This document shows positions 40,723 through 49,884 of a stretch of 64,000 nt of DNA, piece after piece (the first letter of the stretch is position 1; each line of letters begins with the position of its first letter). The notes under the pieces are model-generated. The model was not told the DNA's origin, did not search any database, and saw only the letters and a program-made list of their open reading frames with translations. Origin of the DNA: Nitrospirota bacterium. Lineage in GTDB: Bacteria > Nitrospirota > Thermodesulfovibrionia > Thermodesulfovibrionales > JdFR-88. The stretch covers positions 9,271 to 73,270 of the forward strand of contig JAJYIR010000006.1 in the NCBI GenBank assembly GCA_021789935.1. The letters are read 5' to 3'. The translations under genes and the position numbers were made by a program.

Positions 40723-41384
40723 CCCGTGGTCTCCGTTTCGATCTTGCCATCAGCAAGTTTAAGGACCTTCCGGCCGGTCCCTGTATACAGGTCCCTGTTG
40801 TGTGTGGCTATTATGACCGTCGTGCCCCGGGAGTTTATGTCCTTGAATATCCGCATGACCCCGGCTGCAGTGTCCGGGTCCAGGTTGCCTGTGGGCTCAT
40901 CGGCCAGCAGGAGCACCGGTTCGGCCACAATGGCCCTGGCTATGACGGCCCTCTGCTGCTCGCCTCCGGATAGAGTTTCCGGCCAGCAGTCCGACTTGTG
41001 CCTGAGCCCCACCATCTTGAGGACCTCCATCACCTGGGTTTTCAGCGCCCTTTCGGCCATGCCCCTTATCCGGAGCGCAAGCGCCACGTTGTCGTAAATA
41101 GTTCTGCCCGAAAGAAGCCTGAAATCCTGGAAGACCACGCCTATGGTCCTGCGGAGGCCGGGGACGTGCCCCGCCCTCATGGAGACCGTGTCAATGCCGT
41201 TTACCCAGATCGATCCGCCGTCGGGCTCTATGGCGCGATATATCAGCTTAAGCAAGGTGCTTTTGCCTGCCCCGCTGGCGCCCGTAAAAAAAAGGAGTTC
41301 GCCCCTTATTGCCTGGAACGTCACACCCGTCAGGGCCTGCTGGTTTTCATATTGTTTTATTACGTTTTCGAAACGGACCATCAA
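40719..41384 (-). CDS. ftsE: Cell division ATP-binding protein FtsE
   Basis: 221 aa with Walker A GASGAGKST, ABC signature LSGGEQQR and Walker B LLLADEP. Confidence 0.92.
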   Translation of the reverse strand: MMVRFENVIKQYENQQALTGVTFQAIRGELLFFTGASGAGKSTLLKLIYRAIEPDGGSIWVNGIDTVSMRAGHVPGLRRTIGVVFQDFRLLSGRTIYDNVALALRIRGMAERALKTQVMEVLKMVGLRHKSDCWPETLSGGEQQRAVIARAIVAEPVLLLADEPTGNLDPDTAAGVMRIFKDINSRGTTVIIATHNRDLYTGTGRKVLKLADGKIETETTG

Positions 41385-41430
41385 GAAAAAATCCTCTTTC
41401 CGGATTTAGAGAAAAATCCCAATGGGAATT

Positions 41431-41718
41431 TCATATTTGGAGATCCCTCGCCGGGGCGAGACCGCGGCCCCCCGTATGCCTGCCAGCCAGCAGTTCCTTT
41501 ATCATGAGCCTGTGCTGAAAGATCATGAGCTTCGTTATCTTTCTGGCAAAATCCGGTTTGCCCAGCATCCGCGAGTAGTTCACGTCCTTGGAGGCGAGCA
41601 CCTCACCCTTAAAATAAAGGAAGGTACGCACGACAGGGGGTTTTAAGGAGCAGTCCTCGGTCTGCACATGGTACATCTTTCCGCCGAAAGGCACATTGGT
41701 GTTAAATCCCGCCCTCAT
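41431..41718 (-). CDS. Small conserved-looking hypothetical protein
   Basis: 95 aa (MRAGFNTNVPFGGKMYHVQTEDCS...). Same strand as ftsE and 46 nt upstream of it. I recognise no domain. Confidence 0.5.
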   Translation of the reverse strand: MRAGFNTNVPFGGKMYHVQTEDCSLKPPVVRTFLYFKGEVLASKDVNYSRMLGKPDFARKITKLMIFQHRLMIKELLAGRHTGGRGLAPARDLQI

Positions 41719-41865
41719 GGACGTAATTATTATATAAACCTGGCGGCAAAAAATGAAAGAGAAAGATTTTTTGTTTAAGGTCCGCGCGGCAGATGCCGCA
41801 CGGGCCTTAATGCAAGGAATTTTTCGCCCCCGTATCCGCTTGCCGTTACGGCTGCGTGCGCCCTC

Positions 41866-42732
41866 TCATTTACCCGTTATGCGGGCCTTCGCCCTTTTGT
41901 ATTCCTGCTCGGAAAGGACCCCGCTTTTGTAAAGGTCTTCGAGCTTTTGCATCTGGATGAGCCTGGTTCTTGCCTTGTTAAAGTCCTCATCGGAGAGTAC
42001 CCCGCTTGAATGAAGCTCTTTCAGCTCATTCAGCTTCTGCCCCGTTTCCTCTCCGGGCTGGCCGGTTTTCACTTCCGCCGCGGATATTTTTTTGGACACG
42101 ACCGGGCTGTTAGGCAGGGCCGCACTGCGCGGGCTGCCCTGGATTTGGGCCATGATGCGGTCCTGTTTGCCCTGCAAAAAGTTTGCGAGCGTTATGGCTA
42201 TTTTTTTGGCCTGCGCCTCGTTCAGCCGGCTGGCTACCAGATCATAATCCTGGCCGGAATACTGGCTCCTGCTTTTGACCTGCATGGAATCATTTATTAT
42301 CCGTCTGTCCGCGGCAGTCATTATTACTTTGACTTCATGGGCACCCTCGGCAAAATGGCCGGCAGAAGAGCCGGACCAGTAATCATAAGGCTGATGCTCT
42401 GCGTTGAAATATTCCCATTTCCCTTTGATGTTCAGCTGGAGCACCGCATCGGCCGGGGCCCCTTTTTTATAGGGATAAACAATGCCTTTAAAGACCTTCA
42501 ATTCCTTCAGCTCCGCGGCAATCATGGGACCATACGGACTATTTGTCCTCGATTTGCCATGGCTCTGCACCCCGGAGGCCTCATCGACCACGAGGCCGAC
42601 CGTAAGGGGAATGGGTGTTGTAGGATTATAGCCCGGCGCCGGGGAAACCTTGACGGTGGTTGAAGCAAAGGCGCGCACGCTAAGGAAGATCACGGCCAGA
42701 AAAAGTAGAATGTAAAAGGGTTTTTTTCTCAT
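41866..42732 (-). CDS. Secreted protein with two C-terminal SHOCT motifs
   Basis: 288 aa with signal peptide MRKKPFYILLFLAVIFLSVRAFA. Two SHOCT-like repeats (SGVLSDEDFNKARTRL and SGVLSEQEYKRAKARI). SD aaggagg, with TTGATA-18-TAGATT upstream. Confidence 0.6.
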   Translation of the reverse strand: MRKKPFYILLFLAVIFLSVRAFASTTVKVSPAPGYNPTTPIPLTVGLVVDEASGVQSHGKSRTNSPYGPMIAAELKELKVFKGIVYPYKKGAPADAVLQLNIKGKWEYFNAEHQPYDYWSGSSAGHFAEGAHEVKVIMTAADRRIINDSMQVKSRSQYSGQDYDLVASRLNEAQAKKIAITLANFLQGKQDRIMAQIQGSPRSAALPNSPVVSKKISAAEVKTGQPGEETGQKLNELKELHSSGVLSDEDFNKARTRLIQMQKLEDLYKSGVLSEQEYKRAKARITGK

Positions 42733-42817
42733 CTGTTGCCTCCTTGGCGTCTTGCAATTAATCTACATTTTCGTCCCCGGAATTATCAAGCCCGGATGGC
42801 AGCACGGGGAAAAAAAG

Positions 42818-42842
42818 GGAGGGTCCTTTTTAGGGACCCTCC
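42818..42842 (-). terminator. Intrinsic terminator after the porin gene
   Basis: ggagggtcc (42818-42826) pairs with ggaccctcc (42834-42842). The A7 run at 42810-42816 gives a U-tract on the minus strand. Confidence 0.7.
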
Positions 42843-42911
42843 AAAGCCATCAATGAAGCATCACTGAGGGCGGTTAGGAATCACCGAGGGTTGTTTCTTT
42901 CCCCTCAAGAC

Positions 42912-44396
42912 TTAAAAATCCACGTTAAACGTCAGGTACATGTCGTTTGCGTTCTTGATCGGAGTAAACAACTGGGCTCCGGCAGGGGTGTTTATGTCAT
43001 CCATCGATATGGAAGGACCGACCCAACTGTTTGAGCCTGTGTTGTTGAAAGTGTAGTGCTGGAAGCCCAGCCTGAAGAAGGCAAGGCCAACCTTGTCTAT
43101 GGGCTTCGCGTGGAGTTCCTGTATCACGTAGACCTCGTAGACGTTGCCCCTGGTGCCGAGCTTGGACGTCCAGATGTCGTCTCCCGCTGGCGCAAAGGCC
43201 ATCCAGTTCCTTGACCCGTGGTTAAACTCCGCTCCAAGCTTCGTGCGGGTGCTGTCTATGTCATAGCGCGCTCCAAGGTATACCGCCCAGCCGGTATGGC
43301 TGTCATTAAGGTGGCCGGAATCATTGAGGAGTCCAGGCTCGAAGTACGCCACGTCCGACGCAGGTATGCCGTTAGCCTCCAGGAAAGGGGCAAAAGCCCC
43401 GGCCTGATTGCCGTTGGGATGCGTAACGCTCACGGCGCCGGAGGCAAAATAGTTTACGTTCTTTATCTTGCCCTCCGCCAGTGCGCCATACTGGTCGATG
43501 TTGCCGAGGTTCGTGGTCGGCTGAAGCGTCATGCTGCTGTTTATCTGATAGTCCGGCGGGACGTCAAAGATGTCTATCGCCCTGTCCCACTGGAGCTGTA
43601 TCTCAAGCTGGTCCGTGTTGTAAGGCACTACATTTATGCCGACCATGGTAGTGTCATGGAGACTGTTCTGATTGAGGAATCCATTTTGAAACCCCTTGCC
43701 GAAGCACAGCTTTACATAAGCGCCGGGCAGCGGCCCTATATAGGGGGCCCATCCGATGCTGCCGCCGTCAAAGGCGTAATCTATGAGAAAGTTTGGCACG
43801 CCGGCCGAGCCCACAGCCATGGCGTTTCTTCTTATGTTTCCGGGAACGCCGCCCGTAGACGGTCTCCTCCCTATGGAAAACCATACCGGCGCCCCTCCGA
43901 TGCCAAACCAGGTGGCGTATGCGTAGTCCACGTTAAGAAAATCGCTGCCGGGAACATGACCCAAGTCCCCGTCGAACACGCCCCCACGGTCCAGGAAGGC
44001 CATGCTGGTCGTGCCGGAAGCCTGCTCAGGGCTCAAATCGTCGTTTCCCCAGTTCTTGTACATAAGCAGGCGGGCCTTGACAGTTACCCCTTCAAGCACC
44101 TTGGCCTGCATGTTCAGCCCAAAGCGGTTTGTCAGGAGCACGTTTTTCCTGAAATCCTCCCCGGTCGTCGCAGGTCCGATCAATGACGGGTCATAATTAT
44201 TGTGGGCAACGTATTGATCAAAGAAGTTTGCGACACTGCCGAACGAGTAGAAAGACGGCGTCGACCCCTGCAGATAATCCGCCCTCGTTTGCACGTCCCC
44301 GCCAATTGTGAGCCACGACGTTACATTCTGGTCCGCATAGCTTTTAAAAGGCAACAAAAGCAACACAGCAAAAAGCGCAAGCAAAAACTTCTTCAT
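42912..44396 (-). CDS. Outer-membrane beta-barrel porin-like protein (DUF3373-like)
   Basis: I moved the start to Met24 (MKKFLLALFAVLLLLPFKSYA signal peptide, SD gaggagg). Alternating beta-strand pattern, aromatic girdle residues and a C-terminal ...TFNVDF ending in Phe. Confidence 0.6.
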   Translation of the reverse strand: MKKFLLALFAVLLLLPFKSYADQNVTSWLTIGGDVQTRADYLQGSTPSFYSFGSVANFFDQYVAHNNYDPSLIGPATTGEDFRKNVLLTNRFGLNMQAKVLEGVTVKARLLMYKNWGNDDLSPEQASGTTSMAFLDRGGVFDGDLGHVPGSDFLNVDYAYATWFGIGGAPVWFSIGRRPSTGGVPGNIRRNAMAVGSAGVPNFLIDYAFDGGSIGWAPYIGPLPGAYVKLCFGKGFQNGFLNQNSLHDTTMVGINVVPYNTDQLEIQLQWDRAIDIFDVPPDYQINSSMTLQPTTNLGNIDQYGALAEGKIKNVNYFASGAVSVTHPNGNQAGAFAPFLEANGIPASDVAYFEPGLLNDSGHLNDSHTGWAVYLGARYDIDSTRTKLGAEFNHGSRNWMAFAPAGDDIWTSKLGTRGNVYEVYVIQELHAKPIDKVGLAFFRLGFQHYTFNNTGSNSWVGPSISMDDINTPAGAQLFTPIKNANDMYLTFNVDF

Positions 44397-44632
44397 CCCA
44401 TTTCCTCCTCTTTTTCCGGTTTTTTTATGGAAATTCCCCGAATCCAGTATCCAACACCATATCACATTATGTGGATGTTGATAACCTCAGGCATTTTTGT
44501 TTTCCGGTCCCACGATCCCCCTCCCGAGGATTGGAAGATGTTAAGAGATTCGAAACTTATTTGTCAATATATTTTCCATATTATAAAAGGACTTATTAAA
44601 CATGATTATCAGGAAAACATCTGGATGGAAAA

Positions 44633-45751
44633 TCACGTATGGCTGGACAAAAAATCACGTATGGCGCTTAAGAGGATGCCGTTTTCCCGCCTCTTTTTTA
44701 TGGCGATCCTTATGAAACCCTCACCCAGACCCTCGAAATTTGAACAGTCCCTTACGAGTATCCCCTTTTGGAACATCCGCCTTATAAGCCCTTCAGGTCT
44801 TTTGATCCTGATCAGAAAGAAATTAGCCGCCGGGGGGAGATACCGTAGGCCGGCCTCTTCCAGTTGCCGGCCGATGTAACTTTTTTCCCTTTCCATCAGC
44901 CTCAGGGTTTTTTCCCCGTGATCAGAATCATCCAGGGCCGCCATCGCTGCCTCCATGGCCGGAATGTTCACACTCCAGGGCTCTTTGTATTTAAAGACCC
45001 TTTTTGCTGTCCGGGCGGAGCCGAAAACCGCATAGCCCATCCGGAACCCCGTAAGGGCATGGAACTTGGTCATGGAGCGAAGGACTATGAGCCAGGGGTT
45101 CATGCCCTTCACGGCCTCCTCTGCCAATGACCTGCCCGGGCAAAAATCTATGAACGCTTCGTCCACAACAAGATGGCAGCGGGCTTTCTTCGCCTCTCCG
45201 GCAAGCCCGGCCAAAACCTCCCTGTTTAGCAATTCCCCTGTGGGATTGTTAGGGTTGCAGATATATGCCATGTCCGCTTTGCGCATTGCGCTTGCGAACT
45301 TATCAAAATCGAATGAGATGCCATTGATCCTTCGCAGTCTTGCCCCTGAAAGAAGCGCCGCCCGTCCGTATTCGTTAAACGTCGGGTTATGTATGACAAC
45401 GGTCTTCGGCTTCAGGGCGCGCGGCAGAAGGTATATAAGCTCCGTGCTGCCGTTTCCTGCAATGACCTGCCCCGGCAGGTCTCTGTTTTCAGAAATTCCG
45501 GCCCCAAGCATGCCGGCTATCCGAAAGGCGAGCATGTCCGCATGGGGCGGAGGATAATTCAGGATTTTTTGCTTGTTCACGGCATCCGAGGCGGCCTTGA
45601 GCGCCCTGGGAGAGGCCCCGAGAGGGTTTATAGAGGCGCTGAAATCGATTATTTTATGAATGGGAATGCCGGTAAGGCGTGAGGCCCCGTATACGTTACC
45701 CCCATGAACATATACCCCGCCGGGAAGCTTTTTATCCATGCGATTATTCAT
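44633..45751 (-). CDS. cobD: Threonine-phosphate decarboxylase / class I-II aminotransferase family (cobalamin biosynthesis CobD-type)
   Basis: 372 aa with a HisC-like fold and the PLP-Lys region SMTKFHALTG. Last gene of the cobU-cobC-cobQ-cbiB cluster. Confidence 0.7.
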   Translation of the reverse strand: MNNRMDKKLPGGVYVHGGNVYGASRLTGIPIHKIIDFSASINPLGASPRALKAASDAVNKQKILNYPPPHADMLAFRIAGMLGAGISENRDLPGQVIAGNGSTELIYLLPRALKPKTVVIHNPTFNEYGRAALLSGARLRRINGISFDFDKFASAMRKADMAYICNPNNPTGELLNREVLAGLAGEAKKARCHLVVDEAFIDFCPGRSLAEEAVKGMNPWLIVLRSMTKFHALTGFRMGYAVFGSARTAKRVFKYKEPWSVNIPAMEAAMAALDDSDHGEKTLRLMEREKSYIGRQLEEAGLRYLPPAANFFLIRIKRPEGLIRRMFQKGILVRDCSNFEGLGEGFIRIAIKKRRENGILLSAIRDFLSSHT

Positions 45752-46721
45752 GTAACAGGCCGTGAGCGAGACCGGTCACCACGGCTGCCATTAAAATTAT
45801 GCCAAGAAGACAGCCAAGGATGGTGAGTCTTCGCGCCGCCTCCGCCCTTTCCGCATCCAGGGGCAAAGGCCCGCTGCCGATAAAAGGCTTTTCAACGGTT
45901 CTGCCGCCGTACAGTGCCGGACCGCCAAGGGTGACATCCAACCCCCCCGCCATTGCCGCCATTGGGACGCCACTGTTGGGGCTTGGATGTTTCCTTCCGT
46001 CCCTGAGCATTGTCCTTACCGGCCCAATGAACCCGGATCCCATAACGGAGGAGGCCACACAGAAGAAAAATCCTGTGATTCTTGAAGGCAGCAGGTTGGC
46101 AAGGTCATCAAGTCTTGCGGAGGCCCATCCGAAAAGCCTGTATTTCTCATTCTTGTAGCCCACCATGGAGTCCAGCGTATTTATTGCCTTATAGGCCATG
46201 GCAAGCGGGATGCCCCCTAACAGATAGTAAAATACCGGCGCCAGTACCCCGTCCGAGGCGTTTTCGGCCAGGCTTTCGATAACGGCCTTCAGAACGCCCT
46301 GGGCATCCAGGCCTCCGGTGTCCCTGCCCGCAAGACTTTTAAGGCCCTTGCGGGCCTTGTCCATTTCCCCGGCCTTTACAAGTCCCGTGATCTTTGCCGC
46401 CTCGCCGGTAAGCCCTTTCAGGGCTATCGTCGTATAAAGGAGCACCGCAAGCACCGGCACCGCCCAATGGGAAAAATCCCTCTCAAGGGCGTTGACCGCA
46501 ATGAGGGTTACCCAGTAAGTGCCTCCAACCACCAACAGGCAAAGGACGATGCCTCCAAGACGGGGGATTTCCGGCATTATCTTCCTTAAAACCCACTCGA
46601 TAAGCTCCACCGCCTTGCCGATTATCCTTACCGGATGAGGCCAAAAATAAAAAGGCAATGCAGGCTCCCCGATCGCAAAATCCAGCGCAAGGGCAAGTCC
46701 AAGGACTATTATCCTGTGCAT
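45744..46721 (-). CDS. cbiB: Adenosylcobinamide-phosphate synthase
   Basis: 325 aa membrane protein with a typical CbiB N-terminus and SPNSG motif (HPSPNSGVPMAA). Confidence 0.88.
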   Translation of the reverse strand: MHRIIVLGLALALDFAIGEPALPFYFWPHPVRIIGKAVELIEWVLRKIMPEIPRLGGIVLCLLVVGGTYWVTLIAVNALERDFSHWAVPVLAVLLYTTIALKGLTGEAAKITGLVKAGEMDKARKGLKSLAGRDTGGLDAQGVLKAVIESLAENASDGVLAPVFYYLLGGIPLAMAYKAINTLDSMVGYKNEKYRLFGWASARLDDLANLLPSRITGFFFCVASSVMGSGFIGPVRTMLRDGRKHPSPNSGVPMAAMAGGLDVTLGGPALYGGRTVEKPFIGSGPLPLDAERAEAARRLTILGCLLGIILMAAVVTGLAHGLLHE

Positions 46722-48250
46722 TACTTAAGAAGATCTTCGATGTATCCCATGTTCAGGTTTTCCCTTATCGCGTCTGCCATGGCATTAATGCTTTTTTCCC
46801 TTATCGCACCGTTATTGACAGGTTTTCTTTCCGGCAAACCGGCGCGCACCCTCAACCCGTTTAAAAGCCTGCCCCTGAAGGCATCATTGTCGAACAGGCC
46901 ATGAATGTAAGTGCCCCATACGCCCGCCTTCCTTGAGCCGTCCAGGACGGCCTCCCCGGTTGCCAGGCGTTTAAGCTTAAAGATGCTTATGTCTCCGGTG
47001 GAGCGGCCCATATGGACCTCATAACCGGAGAGTTTTTCCATCTGACCTGTCTCAAAAGCCTCTATTTGACCCACCTCGAAGGCCTCTACTTGAGTTGTTA
47101 CTTTTGGGTCCTCAAGCACCGTCTCGACATCCAGCAACCCCATGCCCTTTATCTCCTTCATCTCGCTTTCAATTCCAAACGGGTCTTTTATGGCATGCCC
47201 AAGCATCTGGAAGCCCCCGCACATCCCGATAAGGGGGACTCCTTTCCGGACCGCTTCTTTTATGGACCTCTCCACTCCGGATTGCCTTAGCAAAAGGAGG
47301 TCCCTGCTGGTGTTCTTGGAGCCCGGTATAATAATAAGGTCCGCCCCTTCTATCTCCTTTGGCCTTAGTGAATATACCACCTCCACATCCGGCTCAAGCG
47401 CCATGGGCTCAAAATCCGTGAAGTTGGAAATAAAGTGGTTCCTGACCACGACTATCCTCAGCGCCCTGCCCCCGGAAAGTGATGTCCCGGACAGGTGAAG
47501 AGAGAGCGAATCCTCTTCGGAGAGGAAGTGCCTCATGTACGGGAGAACGCCAAGGCAGGGCATACCGGTTTTCCTGGACAGCATTTCAAGGCCAGGGGCC
47601 AGGATGTCCATGTCCCCCCTGAACTTATTGATTATATAGCCGCGTATGAGGGAGCTGTCCTCGCCCTGGAAAACGACGGTGCCGTAAAGTGAGGCGAATA
47701 CCCCGCCTTTTTCTATATCGCCAACCAGGAGGGCGGGCGCACCCGCATGCTTTGCCATCCTCATGTTCACGATGTCCTTGTCCATCAGGTTGATCTCAGA
47801 GGGGCTTCCCGCCCCTTCCATCACAACCAGTTCATGCTTTTCCGCAAGCCTCCGGTAAGAAGAGGTCACTATCCGCCAGGCATCGGGCCCGAACGCGTAG
47901 TACTCGCGCGCGGTCATGTTGCCTACAGACCGTCCCTCCGCTATCACCTGGCAGCCGGCATCCCCGGTTGCCTTGAGAAGTATGGGGTTCATGTCTGTCG
48001 TGGCCTCTACCCTCGCGGCTTCAGCCTGCAGGGCCTGTGCCCTGCCTATCTCCCCGCCGCCTCTCGTGATAAAGCAGTTCAGCGCCATATTCTGGGCCTT
48101 GAAGGGGGCGGCGTCGATACCCATGTCCGAAAATATCCTCAAAAGACCGGTCACGATAAGGCTTTTCCCCACGCCGGAGCCGGTGCCGAGCACCATTAGC
48201 GATTTTCCCTTTTCCTTTTCCAGTTTCGGGGCCTTAACGCCTTTGCTCAC
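46721..48250 (-). CDS. cobQ: Cobyric acid synthase
   Basis: 509 aa with an N-terminal P-loop-like GTGSGVGKS and a C-terminal glutamine amidotransferase domain (GMCGGFQMLG). Confidence 0.9.
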   Translation of the reverse strand: MSKGVKAPKLEKEKGKSLMVLGTGSGVGKSLIVTGLLRIFSDMGIDAAPFKAQNMALNCFITRGGGEIGRAQALQAEAARVEATTDMNPILLKATGDAGCQVIAEGRSVGNMTAREYYAFGPDAWRIVTSSYRRLAEKHELVVMEGAGSPSEINLMDKDIVNMRMAKHAGAPALLVGDIEKGGVFASLYGTVVFQGEDSSLIRGYIINKFRGDMDILAPGLEMLSRKTGMPCLGVLPYMRHFLSEEDSLSLHLSGTSLSGGRALRIVVVRNHFISNFTDFEPMALEPDVEVVYSLRPKEIEGADLIIIPGSKNTSRDLLLLRQSGVERSIKEAVRKGVPLIGMCGGFQMLGHAIKDPFGIESEMKEIKGMGLLDVETVLEDPKVTTQVEAFEVGQIEAFETGQMEKLSGYEVHMGRSTGDISIFKLKRLATGEAVLDGSRKAGVWGTYIHGLFDNDAFRGRLLNGLRVRAGLPERKPVNNGAIREKSINAMADAIRENLNMGYIEDLLK

Positions 48251-48278
48251 TTTCTTTGTTCCGCCCTCAAAATATAGT

Positions 48279-48917
48279 TCATGAATTTGAAATATGGTTC
48301 ATGAATTTAACGACGGGCGTCTTTTCCTCTCCGTAAATTTCCACGAGGTTCAGGCACCCGAAATCAAGAGAGACCCTGAAGATGTTCCTGTACGGCATGC
48401 CCAGAAAATGGCAAAGCATTGTCCTTAAAATCCCGTTATGGGAGACGATCGCGGCCACCCTGCCCCCGGGCAATTTTTCCTCGGGCCCCGTTATCTCTTC
48501 CAAGGCGCGAAGGGAGCGCTTTATGACCATGCTGCTTGTCTCACCCCCGACGGGATTGTTGATAAACGGGTCCCTGACCCACCGGGCGAATTCCTTCGGG
48601 TATTTTTTTTCTATCTCGTCAAAACGCATCCCTTCCCATTCGCCGAATGCCCTTTCCCTTAAGAGCTCCATCGAGGTCACCCGCCTTATCCCAAGCCTCT
48701 CCGCAATCACGCCGGCGCTTTGGACAGCGCGGGTGAGGTCAGATGTGTATAAGGCGTTTATTTTTTTGCCCTTCAATATTCGTTTAAGGGCAGCGGCGGA
48801 GGCTTCCATGTCCTTTACCCCTCGGGAGGTAAGGGGCACATCTATCTGTCCCTTGTACCTGCCTTCAAGCCCCGTCCGTCCGTGTCTTATCAGAAAGAGG
48901 CTGAAAGGTCTTATCAT
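48279..48917 (-). CDS. cobC: Alpha-ribazole phosphatase (histidine phosphatase family)
   Basis: 212 aa with the RHG motif LIRHGRTG and a second catalytic His in SHNGILR. Lies in the cob cluster. Confidence 0.75.
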   Translation of the reverse strand: MIRPFSLFLIRHGRTGLEGRYKGQIDVPLTSRGVKDMEASAAALKRILKGKKINALYTSDLTRAVQSAGVIAERLGIRRVTSMELLRERAFGEWEGMRFDEIEKKYPKEFARWVRDPFINNPVGGETSSMVIKRSLRALEEITGPEEKLPGGRVAAIVSHNGILRTMLCHFLGMPYRNIFRVSLDFGCLNLVEIYGEEKTPVVKFMNHISNS

Positions 48918-49432
48918 TTTATCCTCTGGGGAATCCCGGCCACCACCAGGTACACCCTGTCCGCTGCAGCGGCCACCAAGCGGTTAAGCCTGCCCGCCTC
49001 GTCCCGGAAAGCCCTGCCAAGACCGGTGCCCGGCACTATCCCCATGCCCACTTCGTTTGAAACGGCAAAGACTGGACACGCGGTTTTTTCCAAGGCCTTT
49101 ATCAACCCCTCCGGCCCGTCACCGATCGTTCTGCCTTCATTTAAAAGCATCCTGTTTGAAAGCCAGAGCGTAAGGCAGTCCAGGAGAATGACATCATACC
49201 GGCTGCCGATTTTACCCAGCAGACCGGAAATATCCAAGGGCTCCTCGAAGGTCTCCCATTCCGGACCCCTCTCCATACGATGGGTGCTGATGCGGGCTTC
49301 CAGCTCGCTGTCTCCGGGCTCCATGGTTGCAACAAAGGCCTTTTTTCTGCCGGCAATTTTTGAGGCCTCCGCCAAGGCAAAAGAGCTCTTGCCGCTTCTG
49401 GCCCCGCCAAGGACGAAAACTATCTCACCCAT
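48914..49432 (-). CDS. cobU: Adenosylcobinamide kinase / adenosylcobinamide-phosphate guanylyltransferase
   Basis: 172 aa with P-loop GGARSGKSSFA. Overlaps cobC by 4 nt. Confidence 0.88.
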   Translation of the reverse strand: MGEIVFVLGGARSGKSSFALAEASKIAGRKKAFVATMEPGDSELEARISTHRMERGPEWETFEEPLDISGLLGKIGSRYDVILLDCLTLWLSNRMLLNEGRTIGDGPEGLIKALEKTACPVFAVSNEVGMGIVPGTGLGRAFRDEAGRLNRLVAAAADRVYLVVAGIPQRIK

Positions 49433-49439
49433 TTTTAAT

Positions 49440-49877
49440 TTAAAACAGGCCCTGCTGGCCGGCCTTGCCTGGAGGAGGAGGGGGTGAGGACTTTATCCCT
49501 TCCTTGGATAGCGCGTCGGCCCTCTTGTTTTGCTCCCTGGGGATATGCCTAACGGAGAATTTCTTGAAGTTGGACAGCAGCGAGACTGCTTTCTCGTACA
49601 GGGGTTTTATATTTTCGTGCTTTACCCGGTACCGGCCGTTTATCTGCCTAACGACAAGTTCAGAATCCATGAATATCTCGGCCTCTGTGGCACCCATCTC
49701 AACAGCTTTTTTTAACGCCTCGATCAAGGCAGTGTATTCGGCGACATTGTTTGTGGCGATCCCTATTGACCTTGAGAACTCGAATGTGTCCGCCCCCACG
49801 GTTACAACCCCGCCGATACCAGCCTTCCCCGGATTGCCGCTGGAGGCCCCGTCCGAGTAAATGACTGACTTTCCCAT
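49440..49877 (-). CDS. rnhA: Ribonuclease HI
   Basis: 145 aa with DEDD-type residues in YSDGAS, NNVAEYTAL, MDSELV and NKRADALS. Only 7 nt upstream of cobU. Confidence 0.85.
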   Translation of the reverse strand: MGKSVIYSDGASSGNPGKAGIGGVVTVGADTFEFSRSIGIATNNVAEYTALIEALKKAVEMGATEAEIFMDSELVVRQINGRYRVKHENIKPLYEKAVSLLSNFKKFSVRHIPREQNKRADALSKEGIKSSPPPPPGKAGQQGLF

Positions 49878-49884
49878 TATTTCT

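Noticed and set aside
44397-44632. A possible cobalamin riboswitch in the 236-nt AT-rich spacer between cobD and the porin gene
   Set aside because: I could not find the conserved B12-box (GCCACTG-like) or the usual GC-rich multi-stem core. A covariance-model scan would be decisive.
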